DNA of 63,324 nucleotides, filler included, from Candidatus Hydrogenedentota bacterium (lineage in GTDB: Bacteria > JBFMHD01): NCBI GenBank assembly GCA_040752395.1. It is 9 parts of 9 records of this genome, joined end to end, with 100 filler letters (N's around TTAATTAATTAA, not from the genome) between each part and the next. Parts side by side here need not be neighbours in the genome. Positions count along the whole stretch, not along the records: positions 1 to 20,325 come from JBFMHD010000019.1; 8 more parts are not named here. One strand, given 5' to 3'. Below the pieces are notes generated by a model that had not been told where the DNA came from, made no database searches, and saw only the letters and a program-made list of their open reading frames with translations. Shown piece by piece: positions 8,245 to 19,137 of this stretch. Numbering within the stretch: the first letter of the stretch is position 1; every line of letters starts with the position of its first letter. The translations under genes and the position numbers were made by a program.

Positions 8245-8987
8245 GTTACTGGGATGAGAGAGTTGCATTAATTACAGGTGGGGCACAGGGGATAGGCAAA
8301 GTCATTGCTACTTTACTTGCAAAAGAAAAGGTCAAGATTGTTATTACTGATATAAACGAGCAAGCTTTAATTAATACCGAAGAAGAAATAAAAAAGTCAC
8401 ATAATACAGAAATATTAATTTTAACAGGGGATGTGAGTAAAAGAGACGTTGTTGAGAACTGGTTTAATAGAACGATGGAGAAATTTGGACGGATAGATTT
8501 TCTTATAAACAATGCTGGCATAACACGAGATGGGCTTATAATCAGAATGAAGGAGGAAGATTGGGAGAGTGTGATTAACATAAATTTAAAAGGGAGTTTT
8601 TTATGTGCCAAGCAGGCAGCTAAATTAATGATGAAATCGCGATTCGGCAGGATAGTGAATATATCTTCAGTTGTAGGTGTGTATGGAAACGCTGGCCAGG
8701 TGAATTATTCTGCTTCAAAAGCTGGTTTGATAGGTTTAACGAAAACGCTTGCTAAAGAGTTAGCATCAAGAAACATTTTAGTGAATGCTGTTGCCCCAGG
8801 CTTCATAGAAACAGAGATGACAAAAAACTTACCAGAGAATTATATCGAAGAGATAAAAAAGAGGATACCGCTTGCCAGACTTGGACTTCCTTTAGATGTG
8901 GCAAACCTTGTCAAATTTTTATTATCACAGGATGCTTCATATATTACAGGCCAGATAATTTGTATTGACGGTGGTCTGGTTATTTGA
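8241..8987 (+). CDS. fabG: 3-oxoacyl-ACP reductase
   Basis: TGGAQGIG, NNAGITRD, YSASKAG. Confidence 0.96.
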   Translation: MSYWDERVALITGGAQGIGKVIATLLAKEKVKIVITDINEQALINTEEEIKKSHNTEILILTGDVSKRDVVENWFNRTMEKFGRIDFLINNAGITRDGLIIRMKEEDWESVININLKGSFLCAKQAAKLMMKSRFGRIVNISSVVGVYGNAGQVNYSASKAGLIGLTKTLAKELASRNILVNAVAPGFIETEMTKNLPENYIEEIKKRIPLARLGLPLDVANLVKFLLSQDASYITGQIICIDGGLVI

Positions 8988-9008
8988 TATTAAGTTTGAT
9001 GATATATT

Positions 9009-9110
9009 GGCTTCAGGCTCCGAGCTCCGGGCTCCAGCCAGCTGTAGGCCGTAGCCTGTAGCCTGTCCTGATACTTCTCACTTCTTACTTCTTACTTTTT
9101 TATAGGGAGG
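9009..9110 (+). repeat. Modular intergenic element, partial, upstream of acpP
   Basis: GGCTCCAGCC..GTAGCCTGTAGCCTGTCCTGATAC plus CTTCTTA array, ending at SD GGGAGG. Confidence 0.85.
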
Positions 9111-9117
9111 TAGTGTG

Positions 9118-9351
9118 ATGCCAGATACTTTTGAAAGATTAAGAGACTTGATTGTTGACCAGTTAGGAGTTAAAGCCGAAGAGGTTACTCCTGAAGCTAA
9201 GTTTACCAGTGATCTTGGTGCTGATTCACTTGATATTGCTGAGCTTGTGATGGCGTTGGAAGAAGAATTCGGGGTTGAGATCCCTGAGGAAGAAGCACAG
9301 AAAATTGAAACTGTCCAGGATGCTGTAAATTATATTGATGCAAATAAATGA
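9118..9351 (+). CDS. acpP: Acyl carrier protein
   Basis: DLGADSLD motif. Confidence 0.97.
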   Translation: MPDTFERLRDLIVDQLGVKAEEVTPEAKFTSDLGADSLDIAELVMALEEEFGVEIPEEEAQKIETVQDAVNYIDANK

Positions 9352-9437
9352 GCAGCTGATTCGATTGTAAGAGCGAGGAGAAGGCAGGGTATGTAAAAAA
9401 CTCCTCGACTATTTAGATATTTATTTAAGAGGGAATT

Positions 9438-10667
9438 ATGAGAAGAGTAGTAATAACAGGGTTTGGTGTGGTTACACCAATAGGTAATGATGTTAAGTCA
9501 ATGTGGCAGTCAATACTTGAGTCAAGAAGCGGGACCGCCAGGCTTACCGCTTTTGACCCAACCCCTTTTTCAAGCCACGTAGCAGCTGAAGTTAAAAATT
9601 TTGACCCTTTACAGTTCTTTGATAAAAAAGAAGCAAGGCGTATGGACAGGTTTGTTCAGTTCGCTATGAAAGCTACTATAGAAGCTATGGAGATGTCAGG
9701 GATTGATCTAAGTAAAGAGAATCTTGATAGGATCGGTGTGATAGTTGGTTCTGGTATAGGAGGCTTGAACATTATTGAAAAGACGCATTCAGCATATCTT
9801 GAAGCAGGACCTAAGAAGATTACGCCATTACTGATACCTATGTTGATTATAAACATGGCTTCAGGGATGATAGCAATGAGGTATGGTCTTCGTGGCCCAA
9901 ATGAGTCAATTGTTACAGCCTGCGCTTCAGCTACTCATTCTATAGGTGATGCTTTTAAGGTTATCCAGCGTGGCGATGCTGATATTATGGTAGCTGGTGG
10001 GACAGAAGCCGCGACTACGCCACTTGGGTTTGGTGGATTTTGTTCAATGGGTGCTTTATCAACAAGAAATGACCAGCCGGAAAAAGCAAGCAGACCGTTC
10101 GATAAGAACAGGGACGGATTTGTAATGGGGGAAGGTGCTGGTATATTGATTCTTGAAGAATACGAACATTCAAAAAAAAGAAATGCAGAGATACTCGCAG
10201 AGATTTGTGGTTATGGCTTAACCTGTGATGCGTATCATATCACAGCGCCTGACCCGAATGCTTATGGCGCTACAAAATGTATGGAAAACGCATTATTGGA
10301 TGCAAGAATAGATAGGACCGAGGTCGATTATATTAACGCACATGGGACATCAACTGATTTAAATGATAAACTCGAGACTCTGGCAATAAAAAATCTTTTT
10401 ACCAAAGAAAAAAGTCCGCTTGTATCGTCAACCAAATCAAACATAGGTCATTTACTTGGTGCCGCTGGTGCTGCTGAGGCTGTTGTATGTATTCTTGCTA
10501 TTAAAAATAAAATAGTACCACCAACTATAAATTATGAGACGCCTGACCCTGAATGCGACCTTGATTATGTCCCAAATCTGCCAAGAGAGAAAGAATTAAA
10601 AGTAGTTATGAGCAATTCATTCGGGTTTGGTGGTCATAATGCAACCCTTGTTTTCAGAAAGATTTGA
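9438..10667 (+). CDS. fabF: Beta-ketoacyl-ACP synthase II
   Basis: [30 protein letters not shown]. Confidence 0.97.
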   Translation: MRRVVITGFGVVTPIGNDVKSMWQSILESRSGTARLTAFDPTPFSSHVAAEVKNFDPLQFFDKKEARRMDRFVQFAMKATIEAMEMSGIDLSKENLDRIGVIVGSGIGGLNIIEKTHSAYLEAGPKKITPLLIPMLIINMASGMIAMRYGLRGPNESIVTACASATHSIGDAFKVIQRGDADIMVAGGTEAATTPLGFGGFCSMGALSTRNDQPEKASRPFDKNRDGFVMGEGAGILILEEYEHSKKRNAEILAEICGYGLTCDAYHITAPDPNAYGATKCMENALLDARIDRTEVDYINAHGTSTDLNDKLETLAIKNLFTKEKSPLVSSTKSNIGHLLGAAGAAEAVVCILAIKNKIVPPTINYETPDPECDLDYVPNLPREKELKVVMSNSFGFGGHNATLVFRKI

Positions 10668-10680
10668 TGTAACCACTTAT

Positions 10681-10816
10681 ATCTTGCTTCTTGCTTCTTT
10701 TGTTATCTTGCTTCTAAATAAAGCAATTTACAATGGAGCGAAGCGACAGCCGGGGTTTAAGATGTCAGGGGCTCCAGTGAATTTTTTTCACTTGAACCCC
10801 TGACCCCTTGAACCTC
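10681..10816 (+). repeat. Mosaic of short repeats
   Basis: CTTCTTG array, AATTTACAATGGAGCGAAGCGACA (related copies at 44844-44867 and 45511-45546 on minus) and TTGAACCC array. Confidence 0.75.
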
Positions 10817-10832
10817 TAATTTATTATGTGAA

Positions 10833-11564
10833 ATGATATACAACAAAATAGACGCAGAGTATAAAAAAGAGTTATCAGGGTTTTTAAAAGAATATAATCT
10901 AAAACCAGACAATATTGAGACAATTATACTGGCTTGTACCCACTGTTCGTTTGCTTATGAATCCGGTCATGGAGAGCTAAATAATGAGCGGTTAGAATTT
11001 CTTGGTGATGCAGTTGTAGAACTGATTATCAGTGATTATTTTTTTAAAACAAGGCAGGGAACTGGAGAAGGTTTACTTACTAAAATGAGATCAGCTGTTG
11101 TTAATGCTGAACGAATGGCAGAAACATCAAAAAGAATAGGGTTAGAGAGATTTCTGCTGCTGGCCTCCAGTGCAGATAAATCTGGTGATAGAAAGCGTAT
11201 CTCAATCTTATCTGATTTATATGAAGCTTTTGTCGGTGCAATTTATCTAACCTGCCATTTCAAAAATGTATATAAATTTGTCTTAAAAACTTTGAAGCCA
11301 AATGATGTGAGATGGAGTGATCCCAAAAGCGAGTTACAGGAATATTGTCAGGCAAATTTCAAAAATATTCCGCAGTATAACCTGATTGATACTTTCGGTC
11401 CACAGCACAGAAAGAGCTTTGTAGTAGAGGTTGTGGTAAACAAAATTAAGTATGGGCCTGCTATAGGTTTGACAAAGAAAGAGGCAGAACAGGAAGCAGC
11501 ACGCATAGCGTTAAACGACATTCTGCGAATCTCAACAGGTGAAATGAGTATTGAGCAATTATAA
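10833..11564 (+). CDS. rnc: Ribonuclease III
   Basis: NERLEFLGDAV; dsRBD DPKSELQE..KKEAEQEAA. Confidence 0.96.
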   Translation: MIYNKIDAEYKKELSGFLKEYNLKPDNIETIILACTHCSFAYESGHGELNNERLEFLGDAVVELIISDYFFKTRQGTGEGLLTKMRSAVVNAERMAETSKRIGLERFLLLASSADKSGDRKRISILSDLYEAFVGAIYLTCHFKNVYKFVLKTLKPNDVRWSDPKSELQEYCQANFKNIPQYNLIDTFGPQHRKSFVVEVVVNKIKYGPAIGLTKKEAEQEAARIALNDILRISTGEMSIEQL

Positions 11565-13695
11565 CATATTGGACGATTTAAATGAGAAACAAAGAGAGGC
11601 TGTGACCTGTACAGAGGGGCCGCTTTTAATTTTTGCAGGTGCAGGCACCGGCAAGACGAGGGTAATAACTTACAGAATAGCTTATTTAATCAGTGAATGC
11701 AATATCGCTCCTGAAACAATACTTGCTGTTACATTCACAAATAAAGCAGCAATTGAAATGAAAAACAGGGTGAGAAAACTGCTTGGTCGTGAAAGTTTGA
11801 ATGTTTTTGTTTCAACGTTTCATTCATTCGGAGCAAGATTATTACGAAGATATGGTCAGAAAATTGATATCTCAAATGATTTTGTCATTTATGATGAGAC
11901 AGACTCAGAACTCTTAATAAAAAGAATCCTATTAGATTTTAATATTGACCCGAAAAAAATAAGGTCAGCCGGCATCCTGAACATCATAGAGAGAGCAAAG
12001 GATAGACTTTTATCTACTTTAGAATTTGATAAACTTTATGAAAAGGGAGACAGAGACAATTATTATGAAATCGCCAAAACAGTTTATTCTGAATATGAAA
12101 AAAATTTAAGGAAAAACAATGCTTGTGATTTCGGAGACCTTATTTATCTCGCTGTAAAATTATTAAATGAGAATCATACTACATTAGAAAAAGTTAGAAA
12201 AAGGTTTCAGTATGTTATGGTTGATGAATATCAGGATACTAATTATGCTCAATTTATGTTGATTTATCTTATAAGTCAGGAACATAGAAATATAGCTGTT
12301 GTTGGTGATGACGATCAGGCTATTTATGGCTGGCGCGGGGCGGATATTACTAATATCCTGAATTTTGAAAAGGTTTTTTCTGAAAGTAATATTGTAAAAC
12401 TTGAACAGAACTACCGTTCAACAAGCAGCATACTTGATTCAGCATACGCTGTTGTAAGAAATAACAGGGACAGAAAAGAGAAAAGATTATGGACAGAGCG
12501 AGAGCGAGGCAGACCACCCACAGTAAAACTACTGGCAGACGAAAAAGAAGAAGCAAGATATGTTTTAAAAAACATATATAAGTTTATAAATGCTGGCTAT
12601 AAATATAGAGACATAGCTATCTTTTACAGGATACATTCGTTATCTCGGGTATTTGAAGATATTTTGAGGAAAGAGAATATACCATATAAGGTTGTTGGCG
12701 GCATAGGATTTTATCAGAGAAAAGAGATAAAAGATATCCTTGCTTATTTAAAGTTCATAATAAATTTTAATGATGATGTATCTTTATCAAAAATAATAAA
12801 TATTCCTTCCCGAGGCATCGGCCATACTACTTTAAAAAAAGCACGTGACATAAGTTTACTTGAGAATAAAGCGCTCTTTGATGTTTTAAAAGATGGAGCA
12901 TTCTTGCAGAGTTTAGGACCACAGACGGCGAAATCAGTAATAGATTTTGTTAATATGATTTATAACTGGAAAAAGACAATTAAAAAGAAGAAGGTTTCAG
13001 AAATTATTAACGATATTTTAAAAGAAACAGGTTATATAGATGGGCTTAAAGATGAGGCTACGATTGAGGCAGTCTCCAGGATAGAAAACCTGCAGGAATT
13101 TTTAAATGTAGCTGTAGAGTTTGAAGAGAAGAAGCAAGGGGATTTAATAGAATTTCTGATGGAGATGGCATTATTAACTGACTTAGACTTTTTAGCGGAT
13201 GAGAGTGATTATGTAACGCTTATGACGATGCATATGGCAAAAGGATTAGAGTTCCCTTGTGTATTCATTGTTGGTATGGAGGCTGGTATATTTCCACACA
13301 GCTCGAGTGAATTTGATATTTTTGAATTATCTGAAGAGAGGAGACTATGTTATGTGGGTATAACGCGGGCTAAAGATTATCTTTTTATCAGTCATTGTGC
13401 CTCGCGAATGATTTATGGGAAACGTATCTTCCAAGAACCATCAATGTTTATTGATGAACTCAGAGGTGATACCGTAAAAAGAGACCACAAAAATGATGGT
13501 TTTACAATAAAAGATGAAACAAAAGAGGTATGCGATTTCAAGAAAGATGATATCGTATTCCACAGCAGGTATGGTAAAGGTGTGGTTTTATCGCGACGTG
13601 GTGCCGGAGAAGACGCTGTTTACAGAGTTCGCTTCAGTAATAATAATGAAAAAACACTTATACATAAATATGCCAGACTGAGTTTAGCTGAATGA
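11551..13695 (+). CDS. pcrA: ATP-dependent DNA helicase PcrA/UvrD
   Basis: AGAGTGKT, VDEYQDTN, LEQNYRS, HMAKGLEF, EERRLCYVGITRA. Confidence 0.95.
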   Translation: MSNYNILDDLNEKQREAVTCTEGPLLIFAGAGTGKTRVITYRIAYLISECNIAPETILAVTFTNKAAIEMKNRVRKLLGRESLNVFVSTFHSFGARLLRRYGQKIDISNDFVIYDETDSELLIKRILLDFNIDPKKIRSAGILNIIERAKDRLLSTLEFDKLYEKGDRDNYYEIAKTVYSEYEKNLRKNNACDFGDLIYLAVKLLNENHTTLEKVRKRFQYVMVDEYQDTNYAQFMLIYLISQEHRNIAVVGDDDQAIYGWRGADITNILNFEKVFSESNIVKLEQNYRSTSSILDSAYAVVRNNRDRKEKRLWTERERGRPPTVKLLADEKEEARYVLKNIYKFINAGYKYRDIAIFYRIHSLSRVFEDILRKENIPYKVVGGIGFYQRKEIKDILAYLKFIINFNDDVSLSKIINIPSRGIGHTTLKKARDISLLENKALFDVLKDGAFLQSLGPQTAKSVIDFVNMIYNWKKTIKKKKVSEIINDILKETGYIDGLKDEATIEAVSRIENLQEFLNVAVEFEEKKQGDLIEFLMEMALLTDLDFLADESDYVTLMTMHMAKGLEFPCVFIVGMEAGIFPHSSSEFDIFELSEERRLCYVGITRAKDYLFISHCASRMIYGKRIFQEPSMFIDELRGDTVKRDHKNDGFTIKDETKEVCDFKKDDIVFHSRYGKGVVLSRRGAGEDAVYRVRFSNNNEKTLIHKYARLSLAE

Positions 13696-15242
13696 AATAT
13701 TTATCATTGGATAGAATAAAAGAGAGTTTCATTGTAGCTTTTAGAAAAGGATATAAATATTATCTAATCTCTGCTTTCGTAATATTTATACCATTTTACG
13801 ATTATCTTCAAACCCTCGGACTCTCACTTACCCCCTTCTTATTACTAACCGCGATATTACTCTTTTTAGTTAAAGAGAATAATTTTGATATAAAAAGCGC
13901 CTCCTCATTTCTAATCTTTTTAATTTTCTGTTTTAGTCGGATCGAAAATAAAAACGCAGAAAAATTTTTTGAAATAATGATTTTATTTATTATTTTTATT
14001 TTCGGCTATTTAGCCGGCAGCAATAAACGTATAACAATTATGCTGCATATTATCGGTATTATAGCAGTAATTTATGCAATATACCAGATAGGGGTTGCTT
14101 ATAAAGATTACATCGCTATGGTAAAAATGATGGATATACCGTACAAAGAAAAGATTATTGCACGATTACAGGATAGACGAGCCTACTCATTTTTTATTTT
14201 ACCCTCGTTATTTGCTAATTTTCTGGTCTTTCTTACAGCATTATCTTTTGATAAAAAATTAATCCAGAATAAAATTATAAACTATTTATTTACAATGGTA
14301 TATTTTTGCGGAATATTGTTATCAAAAAGCATAGGGGGTATCTTGATTTTTAGTTTAATATTTATAGTAAATTTATTAAAGGATAATATAAACAGACTAT
14401 TTAAGATTATGGTTGTTTTTATTCTCATTCTTGGAACTTCTTTTCTGATAATTAATAGAAAAGATGAGTTAGCAAGTAAAAATAACCCAGTTATCCAGCG
14501 AACATACAACTGGTATTCAACAATAGAGATGACAAAAGACTATTATTTACATGGTGTAGGGTTTGGAAATTTTTATCGCGTTTATCCAGCCTATGTTTTT
14601 AAAGAAAAGAATATACCTCAATATACACACAATCTCTATTTACAGATGATTTCAGAGACTGGAATTTTTATTGCAAGTCTATTTTTTACTTTTTTAGTGA
14701 TAATTTTGTATCTCTGTTATGTAAAAAGAAAATTATTTGTGTATATAAGTTTTTTATTATTTAATTTTATAGACATCGGTTTTTATTTTATATCAATCTC
14801 AGGGCTCTATTTTTATTATTTTGGCAGCATTTTGAAAAATAGAGATAAGAGAAAAGAACCACCTCTTAAGAGGTTAAATTATTATATTATTGCAATATGT
14901 ATAGTCTGTTTATTTACCGCCTCGGTCTCGAAAAACATAAGTAAGATGACATCAGATATCGGTACACGATATTATGATTATGTTTATGATAAATACAGGG
15001 AATTTGTTATAAATAATCCTGCATGGATGTTAAATTATCTCCAATCCGCTACAAATATGAATTTAATAGAAGAGTTAATAAAATACGTTCCAGCTGAAGG
15101 GTTTTATTTTAGTATAAAAGAACGATACAAACGTGAATTATATTTAAAAAATCGAGAATTTGATAAATACAGAATCTCATTATTAAAAGAGAAGCGTTTT
15201 AAAGAATTTGGGTCTGACCAAACTATAAATTTTAGTAAATAA
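13692..15242 (+). CDS. O-antigen ligase family membrane protein (possible pilin oligosaccharyltransferase)
   Basis: Multiple TM helices; R..NW, GVGFGNF, HNLYLQ..SETG; lies upstream of pilM. Confidence 0.75.
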   Translation: MKYLSLDRIKESFIVAFRKGYKYYLISAFVIFIPFYDYLQTLGLSLTPFLLLTAILLFLVKENNFDIKSASSFLIFLIFCFSRIENKNAEKFFEIMILFIIFIFGYLAGSNKRITIMLHIIGIIAVIYAIYQIGVAYKDYIAMVKMMDIPYKEKIIARLQDRRAYSFFILPSLFANFLVFLTALSFDKKLIQNKIINYLFTMVYFCGILLSKSIGGILIFSLIFIVNLLKDNINRLFKIMVVFILILGTSFLIINRKDELASKNNPVIQRTYNWYSTIEMTKDYYLHGVGFGNFYRVYPAYVFKEKNIPQYTHNLYLQMISETGIFIASLFFTFLVIILYLCYVKRKLFVYISFLLFNFIDIGFYFISISGLYFYYFGSILKNRDKRKEPPLKRLNYYIIAICIVCLFTASVSKNISKMTSDIGTRYYDYVYDKYREFVINNPAWMLNYLQSATNMNLIEELIKYVPAEGFYFSIKERYKRELYLKNREFDKYRISLLKEKRFKEFGSDQTINFSK

Positions 15243-15415
15243 AAGTGCAGAGGCACCTGCCTGCGCCGCACTCCGCTTACTTCTTTCGTTATCTTGCTTC
15301 TTAACTCCAACTATAACTGAGTGGTTACATTGTCAAGCAGGTTTCTATTGACATTTTATATGAAACTTACATTATATATTGATTGGGTATAATCATTAAA
15401 TAATGGGGTTAATCA

Positions 15416-17548
15416 GTGATTAGTTTAGGAAAGAGAAAACAGCCTGTATTGGGGATTGATATAGGCAATAATTATTTAAAAGTTGCTATTGTGGAAGCAA
15501 AAAAATCAGGATTTAAATTATCTCGCGCACTGAGTCTACCATTACCATCTGATGATACTATTAAACCTGAGGAACGAAAAACTCTTATTGTTAATACCCT
15601 GAAACAATTATTAAAAGAGAATAAAATAAAAGAAAAACGAGCTGTTGTCTCTATCCCGGGTCAGTTTATGCTTTTTAGAACATTGCAACTCCCTGCAACT
15701 GCAATGGAAAAATTGGATCAGATGGTTCAATATGAAGCAGAACAGGTTATCCCGTTCCCTATAAATGAAGTGATATATGATTATAAAGTTGTTCAAAAGA
15801 AAAAAGAAGCCAGTGAAGAAACAGAACAACCAGATGAAAAGAAACAACAGGAATTAATTGAGATAGCACTCGTTGCTGTGAAAAGAGATAAGATAGATGA
15901 ATATTTAGATATACTTGATGAATGCAGACTAAAACCTATTGGTGTTGATATAACGCCATTTTCTGTGGCTAACTCATTATTGATAAAATATCCACAAAAA
16001 AAAGATGAGGTCTTTGTAATAATTGATATCGGTGCAGGCGCTACTGATATAACCATCGTTAATAAAGGAATAATAGATTTTACAAGGGCAACCTCTATCG
16101 CAGGAAATGCTTTAACACAAGCAATAGCAAATAAAAAGGGATGTGATTTGAAACAAGCTGAAGAAATTAAAAAAACTCAAGCACAGGCTTTACTCGGACT
16201 TAAAAAAGAAGGGCTCCCTGGTGCCCTAAAACCAAGTGTTGCAAAAACAATAGGGTTACCTAAACGTGCAGCCCCAAAACCACTACCTGAAACTAAACCC
16301 ACTTTAATAGAAGAGGAATTATTAAAAGTTCCGAAACCGCCAGCCATAGCAAAACCAGTTATACCACCAGTAGGTGCGCCAGTACCTCCTAAACCATTAG
16401 GTGTACCAAAACCGGTGCCACCTGCAATAAAGCCGATAGTAGCTCCGGGTGTAACAGAGCCAGTAAAGCCCAAGATAGCTGAAGCAAAGCCCGTGGTTCC
16501 GAAACCGCCATTGCCGCCAAAACTTGATAATTTAAAAAGTTACACAGATTTATTAAAAGATAAAAAAGAAGATGATGTACCGAGCGGTGAGGAAACACCC
16601 ATTGTTGATAAGGATTATGATAAAGGCGAGATATCAGGTTTTATTATGCCTGTTATAGACAGATTGATACTTGAGATAAGGCGTTCTTTAGATTATTACG
16701 CTACGCAATCTCAAGGAACGGAGATTAATCAGATATATTTAACCGGGGGCTCTGCGCTACTTAAAAATATTGACAAACTATTATCAGAGAGGCTGGGAGT
16801 AGAAGTTTCATTATTTAATCCGGTACAGGATATTGAAGCACCTGAGATCGAATCACCCTTTGGTTTCAGCGCAGCACTTGGATTAAGTATGCGTGGTATT
16901 TTCGAGACACCGGTCTCTTATAATTTAATTCCAAAGGATATATTTATCAGGGAACAGATAGCTAATTTTAAAAAGAATATTATTACAGCAAGCATATTTG
17001 CATTTCTTATTATTGTTGAGATAATAACAGGGTTATATATGCATTACACTAAGACAGCAAAATTTAAAGATTTTTTACAGAATGAGATAAAAGGATATAT
17101 TATTGATTTAAAAACAAGAAAACCTTTGCAAATTGATGATAAACCTATAACATATAAAGATGTTGTTGAAACAGTTAACAAACTGGAGAAGGAGAACCAG
17201 GAGTTACAGAAGAGGTTTAATGCTATAGAGAAACTTCAGTCAGGCAAAGTTAAGTGGCTTGATGTTATGTTGTACGTGAAGAGGTTTATTCCGCAGGACA
17301 TACGTCTATTAAGCATAACATTTTCTTCAAAAAATCGGCTTCAGATGAGATTAATGGCTCCGAGCTACCCGAAGATGTCTGAATTTTATAAAAAAGTTAC
17401 TGAGGAGACATTCTTTCCTATGACAGATATTGAAAAACAGCAAAAATTACCGAATGGTACCAAAACGCCTGATGGCATAGAGTTTAGTTTAGATTTAACT
17501 TTTGATCAGTCTAAAATTGTATTAACAGAGATAATGAAGAAGGAATAG
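15416..17548 (+). CDS. pilM: Type IV pilus PilM with Pro-rich insert, fused to a PilN-like domain
   Basis: GIDIG, IDIGAG.T and LTGGSA actin-like motifs; then YNLIP (PilN-type NLLP), TM helix and coiled coil. Confidence 0.85.
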   Translation: MISLGKRKQPVLGIDIGNNYLKVAIVEAKKSGFKLSRALSLPLPSDDTIKPEERKTLIVNTLKQLLKENKIKEKRAVVSIPGQFMLFRTLQLPATAMEKLDQMVQYEAEQVIPFPINEVIYDYKVVQKKKEASEETEQPDEKKQQELIEIALVAVKRDKIDEYLDILDECRLKPIGVDITPFSVANSLLIKYPQKKDEVFVIIDIGAGATDITIVNKGIIDFTRATSIAGNALTQAIANKKGCDLKQAEEIKKTQAQALLGLKKEGLPGALKPSVAKTIGLPKRAAPKPLPETKPTLIEEELLKVPKPPAIAKPVIPPVGAPVPPKPLGVPKPVPPAIKPIVAPGVTEPVKPKIAEAKPVVPKPPLPPKLDNLKSYTDLLKDKKEDDVPSGEETPIVDKDYDKGEISGFIMPVIDRLILEIRRSLDYYATQSQGTEINQIYLTGGSALLKNIDKLLSERLGVEVSLFNPVQDIEAPEIESPFGFSAALGLSMRGIFETPVSYNLIPKDIFIREQIANFKKNIITASIFAFLIIVEIITGLYMHYTKTAKFKDFLQNEIKGYIIDLKTRKPLQIDDKPITYKDVVETVNKLEKENQELQKRFNAIEKLQSGKVKWLDVMLYVKRFIPQDIRLLSITFSSKNRLQMRLMAPSYPKMSEFYKKVTEETFFPMTDIEKQQKLPNGTKTPDGIEFSLDLTFDQSKIVLTEIMKKE

Positions 17549-17554
17549 AAATCT

Positions 17555-18127
17555 ATGACGATTGGTAAAAAGGAACAGATGTATATAGTGATTTTAGTTG
17601 GTGCTTTGATTTATGCTTTATATACGTATGGCTGGCAGCCTTTATATAAGAAACATACAGAAAATTTATCACAGATAGCAGAATTATCAAAAGAATTAGA
17701 GCAAGCACGTAGAAACGCAAGAAAGCTACCAGAGATACTTGCCCAGAGTCAGCGCGTTAAAAAGCAGCTTGAAGAAACAAAGAAAATACTTGTGGAGAAA
17801 ATAGAGGTTGAGGGTCTTTATAAATTGTTTGATCCTATATTTGAGAAAGTAGGTATTGACAAAAAGAATGAGCTTTTAGGAATCAACAGAGCTGGCGGAA
17901 TGACAGGAGATTTTTATATTGAGGATAGATGGGTCATTTCTTTACAGGTACCGTTTGAAAAACTCTCGCTTATTTTACTTGAATTTTATCAGTATGAGAG
18001 GTTATTAGATGTTACCTCTCTCCCTATAAACATTGTTGGCAAAACAAAGACCGGACAGCCTGTAATAAATGTTCAATTGCCTATTTCAACATACACATAT
18101 AAAGGAGGAGAGACACTCAGTAAATGA
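17555..18127 (+). CDS. pilO: PilO-like protein
   Basis: N-terminal TM, coiled coil, YERLLDV; position after pilMN. Confidence 0.7.
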   Translation: MTIGKKEQMYIVILVGALIYALYTYGWQPLYKKHTENLSQIAELSKELEQARRNARKLPEILAQSQRVKKQLEETKKILVEKIEVEGLYKLFDPIFEKVGIDKKNELLGINRAGGMTGDFYIEDRWVISLQVPFEKLSLILLEFYQYERLLDVTSLPINIVGKTKTGQPVINVQLPISTYTYKGGETLSK

Positions 18128-19035
18128 AAGTAAATATTTCCAAATACGATATATTACGATGGTTGCTTATTTTTTTAGCTATTATTTTTATTGGTGGCAT
18201 TGGTGGTTTATATTTTATTTACATTAAAAGTTACACCGAGGGTGGTATTATGGCTGGCATAGGTGGCAGCATAACTATAAAAACTACAACCGCCGATGTT
18301 TCAGACACTGAGATTATCGGCAGAAAGAACGTTTTAACTATGAGTCAGGCAAGAGAATTATATAAAGACATTATATATGGTCAGTTATTTGTTCCTGATA
18401 AACCGCGGCTAAGAGAGATGCAGCCAGGTGATGGGATTGATAATGATGGCGATGACGTTATAGATGAAGAGCTAATGAACGGAGCTGATGATGATGGTGA
18501 CGGCCAGATTGACGAAGACGTGAAAGAAATTTCGCCAGATGATATTATAGGTATGATGTGGCCTGGTGATGGTATAGATAATGACAAAGACGGTAAAATA
18601 GATGAAGAGATAGAAAACGAGGAAGATGATGATGGTGACGGAAAGATAGATGAAGATTTAAAAGTGCAGTTAAAAAACATAGACCTATCTATAATAGAAT
18701 TATATGGAACTATTAAAAGTTCTAAGGGATGGAAGGCTATGGTTAAACTTACTAATTTAGCACCTGATCCCAATACCCCGGCTACACGCATAGTGGGCAT
18801 AGGTGAAGTTATACCAGGTACCGAGCCTGAATTGAAAGTTATTGACATAAAAGAAAACAGGATATGTCTTTCTGCTGAAGGTTTTGAAAACACCTGGCTT
18901 GAAAACGTTATTACTTATAAGGCAAACCCATGGTTATTGAATAAATCGCTTTTAGGGACACTGGGTGAAAAGGATTCTTCCTGGACATTAAAATTTAATG
19001 CCAGAGATGTTACAAAGAATGAGAGTAAGAAATGA
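18124..19035 (+). CDS. PilP/GspC-like membrane protein with acidic DxDGDG repeats
   Basis: TM helix, four D(N/D)D(G/K)D(G/D)xIDE units, LYGTI..KAMV..RIVGIGEVI. Confidence 0.6.
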   Translation: MKVNISKYDILRWLLIFLAIIFIGGIGGLYFIYIKSYTEGGIMAGIGGSITIKTTTADVSDTEIIGRKNVLTMSQARELYKDIIYGQLFVPDKPRLREMQPGDGIDNDGDDVIDEELMNGADDDGDGQIDEDVKEISPDDIIGMMWPGDGIDNDKDGKIDEEIENEEDDDGDGKIDEDLKVQLKNIDLSIIELYGTIKSSKGWKAMVKLTNLAPDPNTPATRIVGIGEVIPGTEPELKVIDIKENRICLSAEGFENTWLENVITYKANPWLLNKSLLGTLGEKDSSWTLKFNARDVTKNESKK

Positions 19036-19037
19036 TA

Positions 19038-19129
19038 GCTGGCTACAGATTGCAGACTACGGGCTCTTCAGGCTCCAGGCTTCGGGCTTTTTGCTCCAGC
19101 CGGCTGTAGTCCGTAGCCCGTAGAAGGAG
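19038..19129 (+). repeat. Modular intergenic element, partial, upstream of pilT
   Basis: GGCTCCA-type array plus GCTCCAGCCGGCTGTAGTCCGTAGCC, ending at SD AAGGAG. Confidence 0.8.
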
Positions 19130-19137
19130 AATTTTCG

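Noticed and set aside
15331-15353. TGTCAA-N11-TTGACA inverted repeat upstream of pilM
   Set aside because: Could be an operator or just a -35 box; single instance with no clear -10 at standard spacing
16177-18893. Long antisense ORFs (16177-16473, 18381-18893) and similar shadow ORFs throughout
   Set aside because: Mirror frames of well-supported genes with biased composition
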